DNA of 40,053 nucleotides from a virus (lineage: Duplodnaviria > Heunggongvirae > Uroviricota > Caudoviricetes). The stretch is taken from the IMG/VR virus record IMGVR_UViG_3300042922_000906, positions 1 to 40,053 of that record. One strand, given 5' to 3'. Both the position numbers and the translations under genes were made by a program. Numbering within the stretch: position 1 is the stretch's first letter; each line of letters opens with the position of its first letter. The notes below the pieces were generated by a model. It searched no databases. It saw nothing but the letters and a program-made list of their open reading frames with translations, and was not told the origin of the DNA. This document shows positions 29,369-37,956 of the stretch, piece by piece.

Positions 29369-29429
29369 GCAGAGGACTAGCCGACATAACAGTCTGCTAG
29401 TAATGCACTGGTAGCCGTTCCAAGTCGGC
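29369..29429 (+). ncRNA. twister self-cleaving ribozyme, type-P5 permutation
   Basis: GCA-GA-GGA-CUAGC..GCUAG-UAA-UGC-ACU-GGUA-GCCG-UUCCAAGU-CGGC: P1, P2, P4 plus pseudoknots UCC/GGA and ACU/AGU. Confidence 0.7.
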
Positions 29430-29470
29430 ACTATGTAAAATATTATAATAACTTGAAAGGATGATTTACT

Positions 29471-29830
29471 ATGTTAGCTACAGTAAACGGCGGAGTAATA
29501 CAAAATATTGAAGGACTTGAAATTGAAATATTATCACACAATTTTCATAATCCATATTGTGATATAGTTTGTACATATTTTACTAACGAAAACGGAAACA
29601 AAGTGGAACTGACTTATTACAAATACATTGATAAATACAACAATGCAGATGGAACAATAAGAAGCGGAAATGAAGTTTATATGTTTAAAAACGCAGACGA
29701 ATTACAACATTACAAAAGCTACAATTATAGAAATGGTATGAACTTACCAAGTAAATATATTGATTTAGCAAATTTACTAAAAAATATTCACAGCAAAATA
29801 GATTTTAACCAATATCAAGTTTCTCATTAA
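29471..29830 (+). CDS. hypothetical early protein
   Basis: GAAAGGA RBS. Confidence 0.75.
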   Translation: MLATVNGGVIQNIEGLEIEILSHNFHNPYCDIVCTYFTNENGNKVELTYYKYIDKYNNADGTIRSGNEVYMFKNADELQHYKSYNYRNGMNLPSKYIDLANLLKNIHSKIDFNQYQVSH

Positions 29831-29879
29831 AATTAAGTTTTAACTACAATATAATAACAAAGAAAGGAAAACAAAAACC

Positions 29880-29939
29880 ATGCATAATTTAAAACAGTGG
29901 GAAATTGATGAACTAGTAAAACGGTTGCTGAATGAATAA
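29880..29939 (+). CDS. 19-aa peptide ORF (MHNLKQWEIDELVKRLLNE)
   Basis: AGAAAGGA RBS; upstream of hairpin and relE. Confidence 0.3.
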   Translation: MHNLKQWEIDELVKRLLNE

Positions 29940-30031
29940 TATGTTGTGTTAGACTACATTATTATAAAACAAATAGTGTAGTTTATAGATAACATATAAA
30001 TGTTTAAAATATATAAAAAGAAGGTGACAAC

Positions 30032-30280
30032 ATGAAACAAATATACATAACAAAAACAGCTCAAAAACAACTTTTAAAATTAGAGAAGAAACTCCAAGTA
30101 AGATTATTAAATGCAATTGAAGGTTTAAAAAATATACCAATGATAGGAGATATAGACACATTCAAAACTGAAAAGGGAACTTTTAGGTTACGTGTTGGGG
30201 AATATCGAATATTATTTAGCATAGAATCTGATATAATATATGTAAAAGATATTGATACTAGAGGGGGTATATATAAATGA
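30032..30280 (+). CDS. relE: RelE/ParE-family toxin
   Basis: YITKTAQKQLLKL..GTFRLRVGEYRILF..IIYVKDIDTRG. Confidence 0.85.
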   Translation: MKQIYITKTAQKQLLKLEKKLQVRLLNAIEGLKNIPMIGDIDTFKTEKGTFRLRVGEYRILFSIESDIIYVKDIDTRGGIYK

Positions 30281-30492
30281 GTGCTAAAACTGAACTATTA
30301 GAATATATAAAAAACACTATAACAGAGGAACAGGCAGGAAAATTATTGATGCTTATTAAAAACGATTTGGTTTATATTGACAATTCACCGTTAACAGAGG
30401 ATGAACAAAGAGCAATTGAAAAAGCAGATCAAGAAATATTAAACGGTGAATTTATCTCACTGAATGAGGTAAGAAAACAAATTGAGGGTTAA
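30277..30492 (+). CDS. putative cognate antitoxin (acidic; downstream of toxin)
   Basis: ATGA overlap with toxin; PLTEDEQRAIEKADQEILNGEFISLNEV pattern. Confidence 0.65.
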   Translation: MSAKTELLEYIKNTITEEQAGKLLMLIKNDLVYIDNSPLTEDEQRAIEKADQEILNGEFISLNEVRKQIEG

Positions 30493-30507
30493 CGGGAGGT
30501 GTAATTT

Positions 30508-30699
30508 ATGAAAAAGGTAAAACAACTAAAAGGCTGGGGGATCTTTCAGAATAACAAAAAGGAAATAAAAGAATACGGTTTTAGTCATACAGTTTTACAT
30601 CCTAATAACATGGATTATTCATATATGTGTAGTCCTTCAGATAGTGACATGGAGTGTAATAGTTTGAATCAGGCTATAGATTGGATAAAAAATTATTAA
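30508..30699 (+). CDS. hypothetical early protein
   Basis: GGAGGTG RBS. Confidence 0.7.
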   Translation: MKKVKQLKGWGIFQNNKKEIKEYGFSHTVLHPNNMDYSYMCSPSDSDMECNSLNQAIDWIKNY

Positions 30700-30717
30700 T
30701 GGATGGAGGTTATAAAA

Positions 30718-30993
30718 ATGATTAATAAAGATTGGGCTATAACAAAATGGTGTAAATCAATAACGGATGATGACAAAGATTTATATACTAAAAAAACAAT
30801 AGAAAGTAAAGATACAGTGGATTTTAGGCTTTTAGATGATGATAAAATTATTTATGCCTATGGAATTATGGATAAAGAATATTTTAATGAGGGAGAAAAT
30901 GGTTTTATGCCACTTGATTATTATACAAACGATTATGGTTGTACTGAAATACAGTTTAAAAATTCTATAACAAAAGTATGGGAAACACTATAA
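30718..30993 (+). CDS. hypothetical early protein
   Basis: GGAGG RBS; start revised from track. Confidence 0.7.
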   Translation: MINKDWAITKWCKSITDDDKDLYTKKTIESKDTVDFRLLDDDKIIYAYGIMDKEYFNEGENGFMPLDYYTNDYGCTEIQFKNSITKVWETL

Positions 30994-31028
30994 CAGTTAG
31001 GTGTAAATAGTATGGAGGGTTTAAAAGT

Positions 31029-31193
31029 ATGCTTGAAAATAAAAAGAATTACTGGATTAACAGAATAACAAAGGAATTACAAAAGAACAATGCACCTATT
31101 TGGTATGATACTACGTTAATAAAGGAATTAGATTATTTTAAAATATTGGAGACAGATATAAATTATATGTCATTAATAACATTCAGGTTTTAA
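31029..31193 (+). CDS. small hypothetical protein (54 aa, MLENKKNYWINRITKELQ...); not in ORF track
   Basis: GGAGGG RBS; stop begins a perfect boundary motif. Confidence 0.6.
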   Translation: MLENKKNYWINRITKELQKNNAPIWYDTTLIKELDYFKILETDINYMSLITFRF

Positions 31194-31230
31194 AATATAA
31201 CTTTTATTGACATTTAAGGAGGATTGTAAA

Positions 31231-31770
31231 ATGATAGAATATGAAATATTAGTTAGTTATTTAAGGGAGAGTAATTTTAATGAGGATGGCTCACCTTCTG
31301 ATGATGATGATTATTTTAAAGTAATTAGAATTAGTGCAACTTCTAAAGAAGAAGCACTCAAAAATGTAGAAGAATTTATTTTTAATACTGATGGTTGGTG
31401 CGGTATTGAGGAAGATTATGTCGAAGGTACTCTAGACATAATAAAAATGTTATCAGCAGTAGGGCATAACATAAAACAATATATAACAAACAGAATAGGA
31501 GTAATAAAAATGGAGCATTTAAGAAAAGAATATGAAAATATAATCAATGCTGAATCAAATATTTTAAAAGAGATAGAAAAAGAAGTTTCACAAATGAATG
31601 AAATAGCATTACATAATTATGCAAATTCTATAGTCAGAAATTGTAGTATTGATAATATTAATAGAAATAAAGCAAAAGCCACAGGAACAACACTTGTATA
31701 TGATTTAATAATGGAAATTATTTATAGGCAAAATCAAGAAGAAAACCAAAAAAACCAATGTTTTAAGTGA
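31231..31770 (+). CDS. hypothetical protein, apparent fusion of two ORFs
   Basis: AAGGAGG RBS; internal AGGAG RBS + in-frame ATG at 31510. Confidence 0.65.
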   Translation: MIEYEILVSYLRESNFNEDGSPSDDDDYFKVIRISATSKEEALKNVEEFIFNTDGWCGIEEDYVEGTLDIIKMLSAVGHNIKQYITNRIGVIKMEHLRKEYENIINAESNILKEIEKEVSQMNEIALHNYANSIVRNCSIDNINRNKAKATGTTLVYDLIMEIIYRQNQEENQKNQCFK

Positions 31771-31819
31771 AATAATATAATAATTTAAAAGCGTGTATAA
31801 CAGACAGAAGGGGTATTTT

Positions 31820-31963
31820 ATGAGTGATAATAAAAAATCGGTAAAAATAACTTGGATAGATAAAAAGGTTGAGACTTTGACGGATTTAAATGAAAAGCAA
31901 ATAGCAATAATTGAGAGAGAAAGAGAAAATGGAAACATATTAATAATTGAATACATGGAATGA
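31820..31963 (+). CDS. small hypothetical protein (47 aa); not in ORF track
   Basis: GAAGGGG RBS, MSDNKKSVKITW... Confidence 0.5.
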   Translation: MSDNKKSVKITWIDKKVETLTDLNEKQIAIIERERENGNILIIEYME

Positions 31964-32004
31964 AAACCGTATTATGTTTAGGCAATAAAAGCAACGTTTT
32001 AAAG

Positions 32005-32120
32005 CCTTATAGTTTTAATAGAAACTCTAAATTACTATAGAACTTGATAAACTGGTTTCAAGTCAGTATAAAGTCCTGTCTTTATATGATAGATTTAGGG
32101 TTTCCACTAAGACTATAAGG
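32005..32120. ncRNA. putative structured RNA (three-way junction) between two boundary motifs
   Basis: Stems ccttatagtttta/taagactataagg, gaaactctaaat/atttagggtttc (G-U wobbles), acttga/tcaagt, tataaag/ctttata. Confidence 0.55.
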
Positions 32121-32175
32121 TGATAAAAGTAACATTTTAAGTTCTATAATACACAATAACAGGAGGTAATATATA

Positions 32176-32562
32176 ATGAGAGAATTTACTGAACAGGAAA
32201 TCAAACAAATTTCAAAAGATTTAGGTTGGAGCGAAGAACAAGTAAGAAAAGGTTATGATAAATTTGAAGTTTATAGTAGTTCCACCGTCATTGATAGAGC
32301 AATAGTAATTGAAGCTATCGCAGATGTTGAAAAATTTGATTCAGATTGGGAAGCCTGTAGACAAGCCGAAAAAGATGGTATTGAGTTTATTAATGATGTT
32401 GACGGATTAGAAAAAGGTTGTTACATAGATACACCCGAAAACAGAAAACATTGTATTGAAATGCTTAACAAATATCCAGAATATAGGATTGAAAGTTTAA
32501 TGAAAGAAAATCCAGAAAATGAGTATTGGAAAACATATAGAAAATATTTTGGTACTAAATAA
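32176..32562 (+). CDS. hypothetical early protein
   Basis: AGGAGG RBS; stop begins boundary motif. Confidence 0.78.
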   Translation: MREFTEQEIKQISKDLGWSEEQVRKGYDKFEVYSSSTVIDRAIVIEAIADVEKFDSDWEACRQAEKDGIEFINDVDGLEKGCYIDTPENRKHCIEMLNKYPEYRIESLMKENPENEYWKTYRKYFGTK

Positions 32563-32620
32563 AAGAAATATTTTAATACCTATAACAACAATATTATAAT
32601 ATTATGGAGGGTTTTATTTT

Positions 32621-32959
32621 ATGAATAATTGGATTAGAACAGACGGAACACAATTTATTAAAAAAATTAATAATACGACATTTGAAGTTGTGGAAGTAGT
32701 TGGTGCAGATGTATGCGGCTTTAAAATATCTCAACAAACAATTGATATTGAAGATTTAACAGAAGAAGATATTCAAGACGTTATAACAGGCTTTGGATAC
32801 GAGAGTATCGATGATGTTAAAAATATTTACGGTGATGATTACGCACAGATAATTGCAGAATGTGAAGCAGAGACAAATTGGAATACTATAGATAATTTAA
32901 ATTTTGATACAGAGGATGAAGCAATTATATACATTGAAAACAATATCATAAGCCTTTAA
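32621..32959 (+). CDS. acidic hypothetical early protein
   Basis: GGAGGG RBS. Confidence 0.78.
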   Translation: MNNWIRTDGTQFIKKINNTTFEVVEVVGADVCGFKISQQTIDIEDLTEEDIQDVITGFGYESIDDVKNIYGDDYAQIIAECEAETNWNTIDNLNFDTEDEAIIYIENNIISL

Positions 32960-33010
32960 AACTGGTATTTCAAACAAAGTCAAAAAATAATTTCATGGAG
33001 GTAATATATT

Positions 33011-33199
33011 ATGATTACAATTAAAGAGTATTATTCTGATACTATTTCATCGGGAGACATGAAAAAGAAAACAACATGTAAACATTGCAATGGAACATAT
33101 AGAACAGTAGACACACTTTTAGAAATTCCAGAAGATGATGACTATAATTCAGACGATATTATTGAACATTGCCCATTATGTAATCATTTGAATCATTAA
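33011..33199 (+). CDS. Zn-ribbon hypothetical protein
   Basis: CKHC...CPLC. Confidence 0.7.
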   Translation: MITIKEYYSDTISSGDMKKKTTCKHCNGTYRTVDTLLEIPEDDDYNSDDIIEHCPLCNHLNH

Positions 33200-33264
33200 A
33201 GAATGATTATGTGATAAAATGGCGAATTTGTTAATATAATTTACATTAAGGAGGTTAAACAGTT

Positions 33265-33519
33265 ATGAGTATACAAGAAATTGTTTATATTGCAGAAGAT
33301 GAAACAAAGTACACAAAAGGAAATATAGAAAAAGAAATAAATGAATTTATAGAGTCAAGATATATTAAATCATTTGACAATTTAAATAAAGAACTATTAG
33401 CTATGGTACTTTATAACTATGTGTTAGGAATACTTACTTGGGAACACCCAAATACTATACTTAACCAAATTGATAAAGACGAAGAAAAAGCAATTATTGA
33501 AATGTATAATAGACATTAA
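33265..33519 (+). CDS. hypothetical early protein
   Basis: AAGGAGG RBS. Confidence 0.72.
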   Translation: MSIQEIVYIAEDETKYTKGNIEKEINEFIESRYIKSFDNLNKELLAMVLYNYVLGILTWEHPNTILNQIDKDEEKAIIEMYNRH

Positions 33520-33655
33520 TATAATTCTAGTTTGCTGATATGAAGCAAACAAACTGGTTTAATCTTTACCAGTATAAAGAAAAGCTGTATATTACATATT
33601 TGTGGTGAAAAATTGAATTAAAAACTAAATAATTATAATAAGGAGTGTGTTTTAT

Positions 33656-33991
33656 ATGTATGAAAAATATATTAATATTTCTGAATTAAATACAGAAATC
33701 GAAACTGCAAGAGAAAAAAGAAATACAAGATTGTTACAGGAGCTTGAGCAAGATAAGAAAGAAGCTTTAAAAATCAATGACAAACAATATGAAATTGATA
33801 TGATGGAAAACAGAATAGTAGTTTCTGAGATACCAAAAATGCTATTATACACTATCGAATTGTGTAATATGAGAATGTGTAATATGAATAAATTTCATAA
33901 TTGCTTAACTGGTTTTTTAGAATGGAAAGAAGGAACACCAGACTACATAAAAAAGTCTGAATTAATTGGAAATCAATTATTTAGATTTTGA
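33656..33991 (+). CDS. hypothetical early protein
   Basis: AAGGAG RBS; start revised from track. Confidence 0.7.
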   Translation: MYEKYINISELNTEIETAREKRNTRLLQELEQDKKEALKINDKQYEIDMMENRIVVSEIPKMLLYTIELCNMRMCNMNKFHNCLTGFLEWKEGTPDYIKKSELIGNQLFRF

Positions 33992-34014
33992 CAAAATAAT
34001 TGGAGGTAAATATA

Positions 34015-34260
34015 TTGTCAAATAAAGTTACTTGTCAATCCTGCAAAGAGGACACTACAGAATATTTATTTTATACATTAATAGCAAAAGACGGTAGTAA
34101 AATAATTATTTGTGATAGCTGCTATCAAGAAATTAGCCGAATACAATTATTAGGGAATAAACGGCATTTAGAATATGTTGAACAGGGTAATAAAAGGTAT
34201 TTTAACACTATTCATTGGAAAAAATTAAAAATATCATGGGAGGATGTAACCGAATGTTAG
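34015..34260 (+). CDS. Zn-finger hypothetical protein
   Basis: CQSC...ICDSC; TTG start after GGAGG. Confidence 0.65.
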   Translation: MSNKVTCQSCKEDTTEYLFYTLIAKDGSKIIICDSCYQEISRIQLLGNKRHLEYVEQGNKRYFNTIHWKKLKISWEDVTEC

Positions 34261-34331
34261 ACTATGTTTTACTAATAACTATATCAGCAGGACTAATATA
34301 CAAACTAATACATAAGGTGGTTATCGAATAA
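34254..34331 (+). CDS. 25-aa hydrophobic peptide (MLDYVLLITISAGLIYKLIHKVVIE)
   Basis: GGGAGG RBS within previous gene; single TM-like segment. Confidence 0.35.
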   Translation: MLDYVLLITISAGLIYKLIHKVVIE

Positions 34332-34444
34332 ATTAAAATATTATAATATAATTATATGTTGATATGAAACATATAAACAGTTTTATAACCTTTTCTGAAA
34401 TTGAAAAAAAGATGTCAAACAAAAATACATAAGGAGTATGAAAA

Positions 34445-34558
34445 ATGAATTTAAAGGATTTTAGAAAGTTTATGCAATATTATAAAGACATCGGAATTAC
34501 TCCAACAGTGGGAGACTTACAGGATTTTAAAAAAGCATTGCAAATATTAAGAGGATAA
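34445..34558 (+). CDS. 37-aa hypothetical peptide
   Basis: AAGGAG RBS; MNLKDFRKFMQYYKDIGITPTVGDLQDFKK. Confidence 0.5.
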   Translation: MNLKDFRKFMQYYKDIGITPTVGDLQDFKKALQILRG

Positions 34559-34594
34559 ATTGTATATAATTAATTAAAGGAGCGTGTATTTATT

Positions 34595-35761
34595 ATGTTA
34601 AAGAAAGCAAATATAAACTGGACAGCTAAACAACTTGTAAAAATGACTGAAAAGGGAACTTTAAATTTTAACAACAGTGTGCAACGTGGTCTAGTTTGGG
34701 ATATTGAACGGAAAAGTTTATTAATTCATTCTATGATTGAAGGTTTTCCAATACCTGCATTTTTTGCAGCCAAAAACGACAATGGCTATGATATGCTTGA
34801 CGGAAAACAACGTTCAGATACAATTAGGGGATTTATAAATAATGAATATAAGTTGACAGATATTCCAGAGATATCGTGTGAAGGAGAAGAAACAACAGAT
34901 ATAAATGGATCAATGTTTACCGAACTTTCAGAAGAATTACAAGACAGAATAAAAGACTATTCATTAACTATCTATTATTTTGACGGTATTACAGAAGATG
35001 AAATTTCAGAAATGTTTTTCAGGCTTAACAATGGAAAACCATTGACAGCAATTGAATTAACAAGAGTTAAGGCAAAAAGCATAGAAAAAATAAAAGAAAT
35101 TGGCAAGCATGAATTGTTTAATTCTGCTTTAACAGTAAAGGCTATAAATAAATATACAAATGAGGATATAGTTATAAAGTCATGGGCATTACTGAATTGT
35201 GATAATCCCAGTTTTGAAACAAAATACATAAGACCATTAATAGAATCAGCTGAAATTACTGAACAACAAGAGCAGGACATTAAAACAGTATATAGTAGAA
35301 TCTTAGAAGTATATACCGATATTAAAGCCGTTGAAGATAAAGAAAGTAATAAAATTGCAAAAAGAATTATCACTCGTACTCACTTATTATCAATTGTTCC
35401 AGTTGCTTTATTATCAATTCAAAACAATATTAATAAAGATAGCTTTGCAGAGTTTGTACACTACTTTTTTAATGGTAAAAAATCAGCTTCAATTAATGAC
35501 ATTTATAATATTGCTAGCGGAAGTCATTCAGCTAGTGCAGACAATGTTAAAAAAAGAATAGATACTATCATGAGAGCATATAAGGATTATTTTAAAAAGG
35601 ATAGTATTAAAGATAATAAAATAAATAATGACCCCAAAATTGAAGTTAAAAAGGAAATAAAAAAAGAATCTAAAGGCGGCACTATAAGTATATTTGAAGA
35701 TTGGGAACAACCGCAAGTAATGCCGCATGAAGCTATAAAAAGCTTCTCAGGAATGTATTAA
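34595..35761 (+). CDS. DUF262 (ParB/Srx-like, GmrSD N-terminal) domain protein
   Basis: VQRGLVW..KSLLIHSMIEGFPIP..MLDGKQRS (QR and DGxQR motifs). Confidence 0.85.
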   Translation: MLKKANINWTAKQLVKMTEKGTLNFNNSVQRGLVWDIERKSLLIHSMIEGFPIPAFFAAKNDNGYDMLDGKQRSDTIRGFINNEYKLTDIPEISCEGEETTDINGSMFTELSEELQDRIKDYSLTIYYFDGITEDEISEMFFRLNNGKPLTAIELTRVKAKSIEKIKEIGKHELFNSALTVKAINKYTNEDIVIKSWALLNCDNPSFETKYIRPLIESAEITEQQEQDIKTVYSRILEVYTDIKAVEDKESNKIAKRIITRTHLLSIVPVALLSIQNNINKDSFAEFVHYFFNGKKSASINDIYNIASGSHSASADNVKKRIDTIMRAYKDYFKKDSIKDNKINNDPKIEVKKEIKKESKGGTISIFEDWEQPQVMPHEAIKSFSGMY

Positions 35762-35845
35762 TGATAAACAAAACAAAGTAGGACTATAGTATAGAAATAT
35801 ATTATAGTCCTTAATAATTTAAAGTATGGATAGGAGTATAAAACC

Positions 35846-36022
35846 ATGAAAAGTATAATATTAACTATAGATAATCTGATCACAAGGCTAAAGGCTAAAA
35901 ACCTATTTAAAACTGCTCAACGGCTGCTACAGGTTAAGACATTGATTATTAAATATAATCAGATTAAAAGTGATTTGTTGGCTGAAATAGAGCAAGCTAA
36001 GTTTGTTTTAAATATGTCATAA
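35846..36022 (+). CDS. small basic hypothetical protein (58 aa); not in ORF track
   Basis: AGGAG RBS. Confidence 0.55.
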   Translation: MKSIILTIDNLITRLKAKNLFKTAQRLLQVKTLIIKYNQIKSDLLAEIEQAKFVLNMS

Positions 36023-36087
36023 TGGTAGTCCTTAAAATCACAATTTCATTCACCGAAAAGACAAAAATATTTTCCAGAATATTTAAA

Positions 36088-36123
36088 ATTAATGTTGACA
36101 ACATTAATGGTATAGTGTAATAT
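36088..36123 (+). promoter_or_regulatory. sigma-A promoter with palindromic operator over the -35
   Basis: TTGACA-17-TAATAT; ATTAATGTTG-A-CAACATTAAT perfect inverted repeat. Confidence 0.7.
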
Positions 36124-36158
36124 TGTATTATAATAATTCAGTTAAAGGAGTGTTTAAA

Positions 36159-37877
36159 ATGTCAAATATAAAAAAATTTATCGGGGAATACGCTTACAGA
36201 CAAATTGAAAATATGGCATATAATACAGATGCATTGCGTACTGCATTGGTAACTCCTGCGAATGCAAGAGCCGTATTTTCAGATTTATCAGAATATGAAA
36301 TTAAATCAATTGTTTCAGATATTAGTAATAGCGGAACAATTGGAACGGTTAGAAATACCACTCAAGAAGAAATTAGAAAAGCATTTGCAGAAAGTGGATA
36401 TACAACTGTAATATTTGACGATGAACAAGCAATTACAGAATGTAAAAAATATTATAGTGCTGGTGAAGTAATTTGCACATATAACAATCTTACAAAACGT
36501 ATGCAAGAATATCACATGATAGTAGCTATTAAAAAAGATATTGATAATATAAAACGTTCCGAAAATCCACAAAGGGACGATGAATACGGAACAAGTATAT
36601 TAAATATTCAAATTGCACGTAACGGCTCACACATGAGTATTAAAAACAGATATAACCATACAGTAAGTCAATGTGATAGCACTTTTGACAATGATTTAAA
36701 CCATATAACAATGGGATTACAAAGCATGGTATTAGGATATTACGGATTTGCTGGAATAACAAAGGAAAATAACAAACAATATAATCATGTAGTGAATATA
36801 GGAGGAATATATTTAAAATATCACACTGAAAGAAATAATATATATTTCGGCAATTTTGTGCTTGATGGGGTAAACGGTGCAAGGTTTACAGATTCATCAA
36901 GATATTATATAACAAAAGGAGTAGAAGGCTACTATCATAAAATACCAATGGTACTTGATTTTAAAAATAAAATAGTAATTGATTTAATTGGTAATAATGG
37001 TAAAATTCCTTTAGTGTCAAGAGCAATGAAAGAAGGTATATTACACAGTGGCAATAAAGAACAGGCTGAAGAAATATGTACAGTATTTACAGAAGCAAAA
37101 AAGGAATTATTACAGGCTAATCCAAAAGCATTAAAATATATAGCAGAAGTATTTAGTTATGACTTCCAAAAACCATATAAAATAATAGGTATTTTGGGGA
37201 AGTTTACAGCAAATAGTATTGAAAAAATAACAGGCAGCACAAGAGCATTATTGTTTATAACTAATGATGATGATTTAAACATCGTTAAATTAAACAATGG
37301 AAAATTTGAAGCTAAAGATTTAAAGGGAGGACATAATTACAATATATCAAACTTTTATAGTCAAGGTGATTTTGAAGAAAAGCGCAAAAGTGGAAAAACA
37401 GCAACATATATTGTTCAGCAGGATAAACAATATCATAGAAAAATAAAAGAAAAAAACACTGGCAGAACTGGTATATATGTTAATAACAGAATGAAATATT
37501 TTGACGAAATGAGCGAATCAGAAATAGCACAGATTAATTTAAAAAAACGATTAGAAATTTACAAAGCTGATCAGCGTAAAAACGAAGTACAAGCAACAGA
37601 CTACACAACGGAAATAATGAAGATTGATAGTGAATTTATTACACTAAAAACTGAAATTATTTCAAGGCTTATGAATGCAAATATATACGAAGAATATGAA
37701 ATGCTTTCTAAGGTAATAAATTATAAATTAGCATGGTTGGTACGTGATATAGCAAAATTTAAAAATAGTGCAATTACAAAAGATTTTACAAGTAATAAAC
37801 AAGCACAAGATTCAATAAACAGTATAAACTCGGTAATTGCTCAATTATGGGAACATTTGAATAAAACACATAACTAA
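36159..37877 (+). CDS. large hypothetical protein (about 572 aa)
   Basis: AAAGGAG RBS before ATG 36159; contains QRDDEYGTSILNIQ..SIKNRYNH; function unknown. Confidence 0.8.
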   Translation: MSNIKKFIGEYAYRQIENMAYNTDALRTALVTPANARAVFSDLSEYEIKSIVSDISNSGTIGTVRNTTQEEIRKAFAESGYTTVIFDDEQAITECKKYYSAGEVICTYNNLTKRMQEYHMIVAIKKDIDNIKRSENPQRDDEYGTSILNIQIARNGSHMSIKNRYNHTVSQCDSTFDNDLNHITMGLQSMVLGYYGFAGITKENNKQYNHVVNIGGIYLKYHTERNNIYFGNFVLDGVNGARFTDSSRYYITKGVEGYYHKIPMVLDFKNKIVIDLIGNNGKIPLVSRAMKEGILHSGNKEQAEEICTVFTEAKKELLQANPKALKYIAEVFSYDFQKPYKIIGILGKFTANSIEKITGSTRALLFITNDDDLNIVKLNNGKFEAKDLKGGHNYNISNFYSQGDFEEKRKSGKTATYIVQQDKQYHRKIKEKNTGRTGIYVNNRMKYFDEMSESEIAQINLKKRLEIYKADQRKNEVQATDYTTEIMKIDSEFITLKTEIISRLMNANIYEEYEMLSKVINYKLAWLVRDIAKFKNSAITKDFTSNKQAQDSINSINSVIAQLWEHLNKTHN

Positions 37878-37956
37878 AATATTATAATAAACAGAACTTA
37901 AAAAGTTTACAGTAATCCTTCAAAACCGTAATAATATAATAATAGGAGTGCTTATA

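Noticed and set aside
29410-29435. tRNA (GTTCCAAGTC resembles a T-loop)
   Set aside because: No cloverleaf, D-arm or acceptor stem; better explained as twister P4/L4.
32040-32092. Hammerhead or pistol ribozyme in the three-way junction
   Set aside because: CUGANGA/GAAA core absent on both strands; pistol P1-pseudoknot order not matched.
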